From Octopus bimaculoides (taxonomy: Eukaryota): a DNA stretch of 43,395 nt. The stretch lies in the NCBI RefSeq assembly GCF_001194135.2, contig NC_068982.1, positions 32,577,969 to 32,621,363 of the forward strand, in the 5' to 3' direction. Positions 10,570-22,810 of the stretch are shown here, one piece after another. Both the position numbers and the translations under genes were made by a program. The stretch's first letter is position 1. Each line of letters starts with the position of its first letter. The notes below the pieces were generated by a model. The model was not told the origin of the DNA. It did not search any database and worked only from the letters and a program-made list of their open reading frames with translations.

Positions 10570-10990
10570 ATTTGGCTGCTATTTCTAGTACGTAACTATG
10601 TAACGGTTTCCTTCTTGGCTTGGTAACGATGGGGATTGAGGACGCAATTTCAATGATGATGATGATAACGATGGTGGTGGTGGTAATCTCGGTGGTGGCG
10701 GCCTCGATAGTGTTAGTGAGGGTGCTTGTGTATACATTATCCAATCTATCCTTACTTTTTTTCTTTAAGACAGCAGGTGTAAAGCAAATTTGGCTGCTAT
10801 TTCTAGTATGTGACCATGTAGAAGCTTCCTTGTTGACTTGGTAACAACAGTGGGGCCCTGAGGACACGGTTCCAATGATGATGACGGTGGTGGCAGCTGT
10901 AGCGGCTTCGGCGGCGGCTTTGGTAGTGGTGATGACGGTGTTTGAGATAATGATGATGGTGATGGTGTAGTGACGGTGCTTGTGTAATGG
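10570..10990. repeat. Two diverged tandem units, 218-bp period, each with GAT/GGT/GGC triplet runs
   Basis: ATTTGGCTGCTATTTCTAGTA at 10570 and 10788, each followed by homologous sequence ending in GGTGCTTGTGTA. Confidence 0.8.
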
Positions 10991-11632
10991 TAACAGTTGT
11001 GATATATTGATAAACTTACAGATGCTGGTTGAAGCCGATAATGACACAGAGTATCGTTCCAAACCATCTGCTCCATGGTATTGGACATATTCCAGTACGA
11101 GGGAATGTCATTATATTATCTCTGTTGATGGTAAAGAATTCACAACAAACATCCTTGGCCTTAATCCTGCCCACTTCTTTTCCAGCTCAGCCCCAACCCA
11201 GCACGACTCCCTTCACAGACATTCACACACTACATCACTATATCAGTTTACATCTATGACCTTGTACGTTATCCTGTCCTCTCCATTCAAACTCGCATAT
11301 ATCTCATGGGAAAGAAAGAAAAGAAACAAAAAAGAAAAACAGGAGTCATCGTCTGACTAAGTAGTGTTGGATGTTGGCGATGGGGATGTGATAGTAATTA
11401 AAGAAAAGTTGGACTAAAAATTTCTCATCTTTTGAATCTGTCTGTCCTTCCTCAGCATGAAACCTCTGTCAACACCTTCACTACCACCACTGCCACTACC
11501 ACAAATATTCAGCACCCACCACCATCACCACCACCACAACTCTGCCACTCCCCGAATCGCCTTCAGCTGTGCCTGTAAGTTTCTGATAATAAGAAACTCT
11601 TGTACGCATGTACACAAGCGCGTGTACACATT

Positions 11633-11680
<48 letters not shown>

Positions 11681-12135
11681 NNNNNNNNNNNNNNNNNNNN
11701 NNNNNNNNNNNNNNNNNNNNNNNNNNNNNNNNNNNNNNNNNNNNNNNNNNNNNNNNNNNNNNNNNNNNNNNNNNNNNNNNNNNNNNNNNNNNNNNNNNNN
11801 NNNNNNNNNNNNNNNNNNNNNNNNNNNNNNNNNNNNNNNNNNNNNNNNNNNNNNNNNNNNNNNNNNNNNNNNNNNNNNNNNNNNNNNNNNNNNNNNNNNN
11901 NNNNNNNNNNNNNNNNNNNNNNNNNNNNNNNNNNNNNNNNNNNNNNNNNNNNNNNNNNNNNNNNNNNNNNNNNNNNNNNNNNNNNNNNNNNNNNNNNNNN
12001 NNNNNNNNNNNNNNNNNNNNNNNNNNNNNNNNNNNNNNNNNNNNNNNNNNNNNNNNNNNNNNNNNNNNNNNNNNNNNNNNNNNNNNNNNNNNNNNNNNNN
12101 NNNNNNNNNNNNNNNNNNNNNNNNNNNNNNNNNNN

Positions 12136-12166
<31 letters not shown>

Positions 12167-13233
12167 TATACACATGTATATCTATACATATGCATGTGTG
12201 TGTATATATGTGTGCGCGTGTGTGTATTGCTATACATGCATATATATTTCTAAATCTCTCTAAAGGATAGTACGACAGCGGTACTGGATATTAATAGTTA
12301 TCGCCAAGCTAACATGGCAGTCCAGGAAAATAGAACGAATGCTGCCGTTGATTAGCTCCAAGAGGCCATCGCCTCTAGCTAACTATGTGACACACGAACC
12401 TGTGTCCATGGAAAAATTAGTCAATAGACTATATATTATTCATATATAGTCAGGTAGTCCTATGATGGATACCTCCTCTGTGTTTAAATGTACACTGTAT
12501 TTATATAATATATAGTCTATTGACTAATTTCTCTACACGCTGGGCCACTGGTAGTAAAAATTCTAAAATTTTTCTTACCCTGATATTATTAATTATTGGT
12601 AAATTTTTTTGGCAAATTTCGAAGTAACGCCGGCATTATTTTATTTGCTGCCGACAAAAAACTGCATTTGCGCGGTGGATTTGAAAAATTATAATATATA
12701 AGCAGGGTCACATGCTGGATTGCCTCGTATTTATATGTTTAATCTAGGCGTACTGGTTGATGAAGACTTCGCCTAGCAAATTATTTTATTTGCTAATATA
12801 AAGTCAGAAACCATGGTCCAGGAGATAGATGGTAAATGTTTTTATTTTTCCTTCCCTTCGAAATTTATCCCAAATAGTGGTTTGGGATTTTGGCTGTTCC
12901 TTCTATCGTGCCAGGTATCTTGTGATGGATGCTTCCTATGTGTTTAAATGTACACTGTATTTATATGAATAATATATAGTCCATTGACTAATTTTTCTAT
13001 ACGCTAGGCCACTGGTAGTAAAAACCTCTAAAATTTTTCTTACTCTGATATTATTAATTAATTATATNNNNNNNNNNNNNNNNNNNNNNNNNNNNNNNNN
13101 NNNNNNNNNNNNNNNNNNNNNNNNNNNNATATATATAATTCACGATTAGGTGAAAAACGTTTTATTTAATATGTGACATTAATAAAAATCTGTAACTGTA
13201 CAAACATCCAGATTTCTGAGTACCTCCAAACCT

Positions 13234-13271
<38 letters not shown>

Positions 13272-14599
13272 GGTGGGGAGTAAGAAGAAAAAAAAGCGAA
13301 AATGCACATTGAATATTAAAAAAATAAAGGCTTTTTAAATGAAAAGTAGCGATAAATAAATACAATTAGAACTGAGGTAGAATTAAGAGGAATTAAATTC
13401 ATTATTTTGAATTGTTAAAGAGATTCAAAGTAAAACCGGTCTCGTCATTACTGTTCACTGGCTTTGAATGTGCACCGATTATCAAACGGTGTCGGGTCTA
13501 CTGGTCCCTGAGTAAAAAAATTGTGTAAGGGAGGTAAGTGTTTGTGGACGTGGTGCAATTAGGGTCGATATAATGCTGTAATATGAATGATATAAGGGAT
13601 GTATGGGTGTTAGTGGCATTATTGGTAAGGTTAGTAGTGTTCTGTATTATGTTGTGTTCATGTTGTGTTCATGTTGAGTTGTGGATGATATTTATTGATG
13701 GAAGTTGCTTCTTTATTCATTCTTTGCTGTACTGATTAACCCCCAATAAAACAACAAAAAATAAGCAAAATGATGAAACATCTTATTGAATCTGATAATA
13801 TTTTTATAACCTATCATACAAAACTGAGAAGATTAATAAGCACGAAAACTGAAAAAATTAAACATCTGACTGAATCTGATAACATTTTTATAACAAATCA
13901 TTCCATGTCTATTGAGGAGGCGAAACGTCAACAATGGGTTGAAGTATTGAATCAAACTCTTAATCTCATCTCTTGTCACATAAACTCAATTTTTTAGTGG
14001 GGAGGTAACCCAATTTTTTTTAATGGCAATTTTTTCATGGTGGTGAGATAATAAAAAAAATACCATATTATATACATATATAGATAGAAGGTTGAAAAGG
14101 AACACGTGAGTTGATATACATTGGGAAAAAAATCACGACATATCCACCACGTCCTTAGAATAACACGAAATTTTTTTAAATGATACATTCAAGAGATTCC
14201 CAAGAATTCATTAAAAAACACTGCCATAATCCATAACGTGCCACTTTTAGGACACTTGACCATTTAACATCATACCACGCGCATTCCCTTATTATTCTCC
14301 CTTCTCTTTTTCTTCCTCTCCGACACCTTTACTTTACTACTATTGCTGCTTAGATTAATTGGAGAAATTGATTAATTTTAAGCATATAGGTGCAACATGC
14401 TATATAGTTAAGAAATTCGCTTTACAACCACGTAGTTTCACGTTCTGTTCCTCTGAACGACACCTTAGGCAAGTATCTTTTACTATAGCGCTGAACCTTG
14501 TGAAGGAATCGGTGTGCGCAATAGAAATGGAATTAAATCAAAATAGCCATCTGTGTACCACACTAAATGTATATACATCATTGAAAAGCATGATGCTGA

Positions 14600-15050
14600 G
14601 GTTCTTGTCTCTGGATCAGTAAATATTTGCCAGTCAGTTAGATTTACTTCTTACGGATGGGAGTTTGAATGATTGTGCCTGTGTATGTTGTAGCAATAAG
14701 GGCGTCCCAGAAGTGGGCTTAATATATGCTTGAGCTTTGATTAACTTTTGATAGGAAATGAAGAATTGTCTTGGCTTAAATGAGGAGATTTGTTTTTAGG
14801 GTACAAATATAGCTATATATGTCGGAACGATAGAAAAATCCATAAAAATTTTTTTTAGTTTTATCATTATTTTACAATTTTCAAGATTTAAACTTAAGAT
14901 AAAAGATGATTTACTTGATTATCAACAGAGATTATGTCATTGCGATGCTGAAAGAGATGAAATCTTCTTGTCTCGATTGTAGGTTATTTCGAGGTCTTGT
15001 TCATAAAGATGAACAGAAGTTTAGTTTGTAGTGTTAAAGCTGTTTGTGAA
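14600..15050 (-). mobile_element. Possible second CR1-group RT relic
   Basis: Faint minus-strand similarity: LLFIFMNK (cf. LFLLFIND) and PRQFFISYQKLIK (cf. PxQLLxLYKxLIRP). No intact catalytic motif. Confidence 0.3.
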
Positions 15051-15200
15051 TCACACACACACACATTGCAGTATTTGGAGTAGGGGCCTCTGGGACAAGA
15101 TACAGTAAAGGAGATGTGGTATGGAGAAAAGCGTGATGTGTTGGGTGGCCCACTGTAGAACGTGTGTGTGTATGAGAGAGAGAGAGAGAGACAGAGAGAA

Positions 15201-15231
<31 letters not shown>

Positions 15232-15538
15232 GGTGTTGAAAGAATCAGATCTTCGGTGATGGTCACAGAGTGAAAGCTATTGAGTTTTTCTAATTTCTGT
15301 TATAATAGGATATTTACTTCCACTTATATTGTTCAACATTGAGCGATGGATAGCTGAAATAAAGAGCAGCGGTGTTTCGTTAGAGATTTTATATTCCACC
15401 CTCAAATCCTACCAAAATCGACTGATCCTTTCACCTTTCCAAGGATCAATAAAGTAAGTACTAGTTAAGTACTGGTCAATTTAGCCTCTTATTGCATAAA
15501 GTTTAATCTCCATTCGACTATTACAATTAAATATCAAG

Positions 15539-15931
15539 TAGGTGCAGGCATGATGGTGTATTTAAGAAGTTCGTTTTGTAGTCACGTGGTTTCGGGTTCA
15601 ATCCCACTGTGTGGCACCTTGGGTAGGAGTTATCTACTATAGCCCCGAGCAGATCAAAGCTTTGTATGTGGATTTGATATAGAGAAACTACGTAGAAACC
15701 TATTGTGTGTATTTTTATACATATACATGTGTGTGTGTTTGTCCTCTGCCACCGCTTGACAACAGGTGTTAGTTTGTTTATGTCCTCGTAACCGAGCGGT
15801 TTTGCAAAAAAGACAGATGGAATAAGTACCAGACTTTAAAATAAGTGCTGATGTTAGTTCATTCAACTTAACCCTTCATGGCGGTGCCCCAGCATGGCCG
15901 CAGTATAATGACGGAAACAAATACAAGATAA
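15539..15931 (+). mobile_element. SINE family A, full length
   Basis: TAGGTGCAGGCATG...GGGTTCAATCCCACTG (B-box)...CACCGCTTGACAAC...AATAAGTACCAG...GGCGGTGCCCCAGCATGGCCGCAG...ACAAGATAAA. Confidence 0.85.
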
Positions 15932-16389
15932 AGAGTATAGATGAAGAAGTCATAAAAGTGTGATGATAAAATAGTTCGTATTTATGAAAAATTAATGTGT
16001 GAACAGTATTTAATTATAATACAGGTACACCATCGACTTGCTGGAACCTTTAGTTGCAAAGCCTGTCCAGATTACTGGTTTTCCCGAACCAGATGTTGTG
16101 ACCTTGGTCAACAGACTTGAACGAAATACAAGCACCTGTATATTAAGTGCAAATTTGTGAGGATTTAGTTCTTTTTGGGGGGTGGGGTATTTTTGGTGTT
16201 TTGTAGTTTTTTTTGTTTTTTTTTTGGCGGGGGTGTTACTTCCATTCGGTTTCCATGCTTATTGTCATCAATGGTCATAAATGTTAAATGTTGGGTAATA
16301 ACCGAAAGATTACGATCGTCGAAAAGGTGGACAGTAATTATATGCTAATATATGAACTGAACTGACTAGAATGTGCCAATAGTATCTTT

Positions 16390-16626
16390 CTTTTACCTTT
16401 TATGCTTTACTTGTTTCAGTCATTTGACTGCGGCCATGCTGGTGCACCGCCTTGAATTTTTGTCGAACATATCGACACCAGAACATTTTTTAAGCTTACA
16501 ACTTATTCTATCGATCTCTTTGGCCGAGCCGCTATTTTACGGGGACGTAAACACACCAAAACCGATTGTCAAGCGGTGGTGAGTCACAAACACACACAAA
16601 CACACACGCATATATATATCTATATG

Positions 16627-16663
<37 letters not shown>

Positions 16664-17091
16664 NNNNNNNNNNNNNNNNNNNNNNNNNNNNNNNNNNNNN
16701 NNNNNNNNNNNNNNNNNNNNNNNNNNNNNNNNNNNNNNNNNNNNNNNNNNNNNNNNNNNNNNNNNNNNNNNNNNNNNNNNNNNNNNNNNNNNNNNNNNNN
16801 NNNNNNNNNNNNNNNNNNNNNNNNNNNNNNNNNNNNNNNNNNNNNNNNNNNNNNNNNNNNNNNNNNNNNNNNNNNNNNNNNNNNNNNNNNNNNNNNNNNN
16901 NNNNNNNNNNNNNNNNNNNNNNNNNNNNNNNNNNNNNNNNNNNNNNNNNNNNNNNNNNNNNNNNNNNNNNNNNNNNNNNNNNNNNNNNNNNNNNNNNNNN
17001 NNNNNNNNNNNNGGTGCCACGCAGTGGGACTGAACCCAGAACCATGTGGTTGGCAAGCAAGCTTTTTACCACACAGCCACTCCTGCGCCTA
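16390..17091 (-). mobile_element. SINE family A spanning an N gap
   Basis: Tail half at 16390-16600 and head at 17013-17091, inverted relative to 15539-15931. Confidence 0.8.
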
Positions 17092-17097
17092 TCTATC

Positions 17098-17137
<40 letters not shown>

Positions 17138-17152
17138 CATATATATGCTCAC

Positions 17153-17298
17153 ACACGACGGGCTTCTTTCAGTTTCCGTCTACAAAATCCACTCACAAGG
17201 TTTTGGTCAGCCCGAGGCTATAGTAGGTGCCATGCAATGGCACTGAACCGGGAACCACGTGGTTGGGAAGCAAGCTACTTACCACACGCCTACGCCTA
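17153..17298 (-). mobile_element. SINE family A, head half
   Basis: ACGACGGGCTTCTTTCAGTTTCCGTCTAC...ACCACGTGGTTGGGAAGCAAG...GCCTACGCCTA. Confidence 0.8.
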
Positions 17299-18299
17299 TC
17301 TGAACAGTGTGTGAACAGTATTAGAAATTGAAATAAATATATTTCGGGTTATATAATTTTTGTGGCTGCTTTGTTTTGAAGGACACTATGATGTATTAAT
17401 AGGTTAATAGATTTTATTCCTGCCCTGAAACATGTGAAACTTTAGAAATCATTATTTAAATAACATGACAATAAAATGTACAAAAACATCAGTAACGTGA
17501 AGAATGTTTTGTTTGCGTCTGAGTAATTTTCAAGATTTGTGAACTTGGGTATATTTCTGACTACATCACATCTTTGCGTTTTTATGTTTGTCATTTCTTG
17601 TTTTAAATATTCGTTGGAGAAATATCTGGTCAATGAATAATAATGTTCAATATAGGCCATGGTCCATTTCATAGATACACGTACAGAGAGTGAAGAGGAA
17701 GTAAAAGAGTGGAGCGAGGGGTGGAGAAAGAGAAAGGGAGAAATAGAGGGAGAGAGAGAGAGAGAGAGAGAGAAAGAAATGTAAGGAAAAGGGAATGTAT
17801 GTTTTAATAATCAAATACTGAAAAGGAATGGACATAGGGTTTTCAACAACGTTGACAGTATCATTATTTGCTAAACATCTGTTAGTTCTCTTCCTCTCCC
17901 CTCCCACTACCACCACCATCGACATCACCATCACTAAAAAAAAATTGGCAGATGTGTACCCTGCCTGGTGCCACCCCTGACTGTCTGCTATCTTCTGATG
18001 TAATTGTATAAACAGTGAGTTATGAACTGGGGGTCAAACTAACAGTCACAGAAGAAATTGTAGTGACTGCTTTGGCAGCACATAACCACATGCGCATACA
18101 CACATGTATGTATACAGTTACATACACATAAACTCGCACGAACACACACACACACATGCACGCATACATAAACACGTCTAAACAGGCGTGAACACATATG
18201 AAACATAAGCGTGTAAGATGTAGGCATACACAGAAATATATATGTTTATATCAATTTTTACATATGTCATATATACACGCTCGCGCGCACACCGTTTAT

Positions 18300-18790
18300 G
18301 CTCTATGTATATGAACATGAAAAACCCTTGTGCGCCGAGTATCATAAAAATAGGCTCCAGGCTGAGGCAGAACGGTCATATAATGTTTACAGTGAGTGTC
18401 CAGTGAGTGGTCAATGCATGACAGAAGCAATGGTCTACGAAGCAGAGCTGGTGTCGCCCAACAATAACGGAGTGTCATACATACAGAAATAAAGGAATCC
18501 TTTAAGATCAAGCTGAATAATCACAGATCCTCTTCTAGATTCCAAGACAAGAGCAATGTGACAACGTTAAACAGCTATGTATGGTGATCAAAAGAGGAAG
18601 CAGCACCATACAAAATCAACTGGAAAAAAGAACGATGTAAATCACATCTGAAGAGAAGGAGCTGCAAGCTTTGCATGGTGGCCGAAGAATCATCCTAAAA
18701 CTTCACACAAGCCGAGTACTTTCCTGAACTCAAAAAGCAAAATATTCGGTTGCTGCCATCATAAGCGAAAACATTTTGACAACGTGGCCG
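18300..18790 (+). mobile_element. Penelope-like element GIY-YIG endonuclease region, degenerate
   Basis: CPVSGQCMTEAMVYEAEL...SYI (18397 onward), then FKIKLNNHRSS...TTLNSYVW*...YKINWK...CKLC...FLNSKSKIFGCCHHKRK. Matches the PLE C-terminus CPxxGxC...VYxA...YIG...FKxRxxxH...W...CxLC...LNxRSE...CRH. Confidence 0.8.
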
Positions 18791-18959
18791 TTCCCATCCT
18801 TGGACTAGTAAACAACATAGATGTGAGCACAACTGATATGGTTCAACCATAGCTGACATCAATCCATAGGAAATATCTTTTCTTTTCCCCCCAGGAAAAT
18901 ATAATTTTTCACAAGGTTTCGTTCCACTTCTTTCTACCCACCAACTAGGGTCTATATAT

Positions 18960-19400
18960 ATCTCCAGTGTAAAAAAAAAAAGGCAAAGTATTTCCAGTCA
19001 CCGTGTCTGTAGTGTTATCAATATTTAGGTAATTCACGGAATTGTTGATGTCATTTAGTATTAGTCTTTTTGTAACTGTTCACAAATTGTACTTTTTTGT
19101 TCCATTAGTGTATAAGTCATATCTCTCTAGGATTTTCCATTCGATGTCAAAACCATTATGAAGCGTTATTCGATACCAGATACAGTTTGTCTATAGTGTT
19201 GTACTCTTTTTATGTATGTTTGAGGTTATGCAGTGTTTATGCTCAATGGTATGGTTTGGTTTAGAAGAGCTGATATCTGCTTAATATATTATAGCTTCTG
19301 CATTGCTTAATGATTGAGTGTTTCTGTATTGGTGTTTCTGGAAGTGTAGTTAACCACTGTTAAAACAATGGAGTCATCATTTAATGTTTCTTTTCCTTCT
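18960..19400 (-). mobile_element. Second Penelope-like GIY-YIG fragment, opposite strand
   Basis: Minus strand: EAIIY*ADI, then FDIEWKILERYDLYTNGTKKYNL*..KRLIL...YLN (FDIEWKILER at 19123-19152). Resembles PLE ..IxWKIL...YxNGxKxCNLC..EK...LN. Confidence 0.6.
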
Positions 19401-20105
19401 AAGATATTAGGGTGTAAGGGAGGCATACCTGCTATTTCTAGCAGGCTGAATGACATGATAGAAGCTTCTTCATTGAATCATCACGTAAAGAGAGAAACAG
19501 GTCTAGATCTTCAAAAAAACAAGACAGTTGTAGGAACTCTCCTCATTGGCTCAAAGAGTATTTACTTATTAGCAATGTCTCATTTGTATGGAATATTTCA
19601 AGTAGTCTAGTTCTTTTACCACAATTGCTCTCTTCTTTCTCATAGTATCCGTCATTTCATCGCTTCTCAAATATGCAACGTATACGCTCATGTACAGGCC
19701 AACGAGAAAGATACTGTATGGTTTCATATACAGGTTATATACGAGCTAACGAGGGAGCGTCTATATGACTGCTTGACCTGTGGCAAAATCTTCAAATAGC
19801 ACGTTGTAGTTGTGAAAAATGGTGGGGCGCTTGTTGATACAGAATGACCAAAAAAAAAAAAAAAAAAAAAGAGACTGAATCGTAATCTTATGGTAGGAAT
19901 GCTTGAGAAGTTAGGTTTGCTTGTTCAAGGGCCAATATGAGGTTAAACAATAGTAAAACAACAAAGGTCAAGATAATTACAGCAAGAATATCGTTTCTCA
20001 AACGTCTATTTCATTAGAATTGACATGGAGTTTATGGAGTTTAGCAATACAATCATCTTCGTCATATACTCATATAGGAACACGTATCAAAGCCAATATA
20101 CTTAC

Positions 20106-20347
20106 CATATTCATGACAGTCAACACGTATGTCTCTACATCCTCATTTTTGTAATAATCCATCATAATCGGATCAACAACCACAAGTGTTTCTACATGTT
20201 TCTCTGATGAAATAGATCGTTTCATCCGCCTCCTAGATCTAACTCTTTTGACTGGAATAGTTAGATCGGGGTTAGAGCCACCATCATCATTCCGATCATT
20301 ATATTCACTTTCACTTTCCTTGTTTTCCTTCACAACGTTCTCATCAT
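20106..20347 (-). CDS. ADAMTS7/12: ADAMTS7/12-like exon: acidic prodomain linker, furin site and start of catalytic domain
   Basis: Acceptor TTTTGACAG|AT GAT GAG (phase 1, completes codon GAT with the upstream exon); donor AAT ATG|GTAAGT (phase 0); 242 nt. Translates DDENVVKENKESESEYNDRNDDGGSNPDLTIPVKRVRSRRRMKR-SISSEKHVETLVVVDPIMMDYYKNEDVETYVLTVMNM. Matches the ADAMTS7/12 pattern RSxSxExxVETLVVxD...VExYxLTxMNM. Confidence 0.96.
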
Positions 20348-21388
20348 CTGTCAAAATGACAAAATATATACATCAACAATATATATAAATTAGAATTACT
20401 GCATATAAAACGTACTTTTTCCCGAGAAAAATCTCTTTAAAAATATCATCTCAGGTCTTAAATGCGAAGTTGAGCCTCCCATAGTCCTTGACACTAACCT
20501 GAATATGCGCTGCTGAGATAGGGGTGCTTTGAATATGCACATTAATCTTTCATGCCATTAAATGCATAAAATATTTCTAGTAAATAAATTAATTCCTTCC
20601 TAGTTCTTATTTTAGGTATAGTAAAGCTAATCCAAGTAGACATAGTGGTGTTGTTAAGAAGCAAACACATGGCATAAGGCGATGTATTCCATCGATTGAC
20701 CCCACTGTATATCAACTTCGGCACATGTATACGATAAGTTATGTGAATGTATCTCTTTTTAGAATGGTATAAAACCTCTCTCACCTAGTTTCACGATTTA
20801 AAGAATCTAAGAAAGGGTTCGTGAATGTCTGGCCTAAAAGGATGGAAAAAAATTCCAGCTTACGATGGAGTTCTCTCTAAAGCCCTGAAAATAGTATTGC
20901 AAAATATTTCTCAGAGGCTCTGCTTAGTTTAAAACCCCTACATGCTCTCTGGTCGCCTTTAATGGAATTCATAGCGTAACCAGAATTTGGAGTATCGTTA
21001 TTCTGGAGATAACTCAGAGTCTGGTGACCAAGATTCCTACTGTCACCACGCATGATCGATTGTAAAATCTTTCAATCGGTACGAAATAGTTGCAACTTCT
21101 TCCTAAAAAATCGGATTCTGTCGTCTTAAACAACGGTGGTAATTTTGGACGTTGTAGTCCCTAATCTGCCATTACGGGATGTTCACTTGAAAAATTTGCT
21201 TATAAGTGCACTCGATCGAGTCTGACCTGGAGTTATGGCAACAATGCATGGGTCATGGTACCATTCTCCTTTCTCTCCATCCATCCAACACCACAGCTGT
21301 CCCAAAGACCCACCAACCACAAAGGATTGACATTATTGAAAGACAAAAAACAGAGTTCAGCACCAAAACTGTTTATATAATGATAATT

Positions 21389-21880
21389 CTTTCCAATATA
21401 GGCACAAAGCTTGAAATCTGTGTGCAAGGGATAATCGATTACATCGACCTAGACATAATGAAAGGCAAAGTTGATCACGGCGGAATTTGGACTCGGAAAG
21501 TAAAGACGGATGAAATAAGCATTTTGTCCGGGGTGCCCACGAGTCAGCCAGCTTGCCAATAATAATAATAATGGCTTCAAATTTTGGCACAAGGCCAGTA
21601 GGCTTTGAAAGGAGCGGGAGTCCATTACATCGACCCCAGTACTTGACTGGTACTTATTTCATATAATCTTTTCTACTATAGGCACAAGGTCTGAAATTTT
21701 TGGGGAGGGGCAAGTCAATTAAATCGACCCTAATGCTCAACTGGTACTTATTTCATCGACCCCGAAAGGATGAAAGGCAAAATCGACCTCGGCTGAATAT
21801 GAACTCAGAACGTAAGGACAGACGAAATGTCGCTAAGCATTTTGCTCGGCGTACTAACGATTCTGCCAGCTCGCCGCCTT
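21389..21880 (-). mobile_element. Cluster of three family B SINE pieces with (AAT)n tracts
   Basis: GGCACAA(A/G)G...ATCGACC occurs three times and ATGAAAGGCAAA twice: one internally deleted copy (21389-21558), one 3' fragment (~21573-21660) and one full copy (~21665-21880). Confidence 0.8.
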
Positions 21881-22524
21881 AATAATAATAATAATAATGA
21901 TAATAATAATAATAACAATAATAATATTAATAATAATAGTTTCTAAAATGACAGTGCGTATAATAATGTTTAAAATATAACCTCCAACATTCACAAAATA
22001 TATTTTTAATGTTTTTTTTTTTTTTCCTTATTGAAAAATGTTTAGAAAAACAAATTAAATAAGTAAATAAAGTCACAAGTAACTGAAGAAATATGCCATC
22101 TAAATTCCAAGTTTTACAGTCCACAGACTATGAGGAGTAATATGATTGACAGACGGACAGAGAGACAGACAGACAGACATAAATAGATGGAGAAATATAT
22201 TTGCTGTTTTTCTAATAAAGTTCTGTAGCTGTCAAATTCTCAGTGTAATTGGCTGTAAGTGGGTATATAAAGACGTATAAATGATGACTGTAGGTTTGTT
22301 GTGGATTTGAAATCAAGGACCTAGAGAGGTGATAGCGAAATAATCTAAGCAGTTGATGATCATTCCAGTTGTGTCACAATATCTGAAGCAGAATCAATAA
22401 TTAATAGACAGATCGAAACAAAAAGCAAAGAAAAAATATTTCCTGCAAGAAGTTTGCCTAACACTTTCAGTTAGAAATGTAAAAAAAAAGAAAAAAGAAA
22501 AAAAAAACTGTGTACATGTGAGCG

Positions 22525-22810
22525 TGCGTGTATGCGCACAGACACACATATATATGTATACATATATACACACACACATATGTATACATATATACACACA
22601 CATGTATACATATATACACACACATATGTATACATATATATATACACACACATGTATACATATATACACACACATATGTATACATATATATACACACACA
22701 CATGTATACATATATACACACACACACACATGTATACATATATACACACACACACGTATACATATATACACACACACACGTATACATATATATATATATA
22801 TATATATAGG
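22525..22810. repeat. Minisatellite of ATGTATACATATATAC(AC)n units
   Basis: About a dozen units of ~18-24 bp, seen directly. Confidence 0.9.

Noticed and set aside
10505-11062. 185-aa ORF with an internal repeat and Ala/Thr/Ile runs
   Set aside because: Explained by a 218-bp tandem duplication with triplet repeats; no recognisable domain or consistent splice context.
11457-12263. Long ORFs across 11.4-12.3 kb, and similarly at 16.5-17.3, 22.4-22.9, 24.9-25.4 and 26.0-26.8 kb
   Set aside because: They are open only because of N gaps and (CA)n/(TA)n microsatellites.
13770-13997. 75-aa ORF with an in-frame 28-codon repeat (KHLxESDNIFIT)
   Set aside because: An 84-bp AT-rich tandem duplication, antisense to the host gene, with no homology I can recognise.
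13400-14320. Possible Penelope-like 3' remnant
   Set aside because: No clear GIY-YIG or RT motif recovered in any frame.
20780-21210. Possible CR1-like RT remnant
   Set aside because: Only faint RNLG and FRAL..P similarity; not enough to call.
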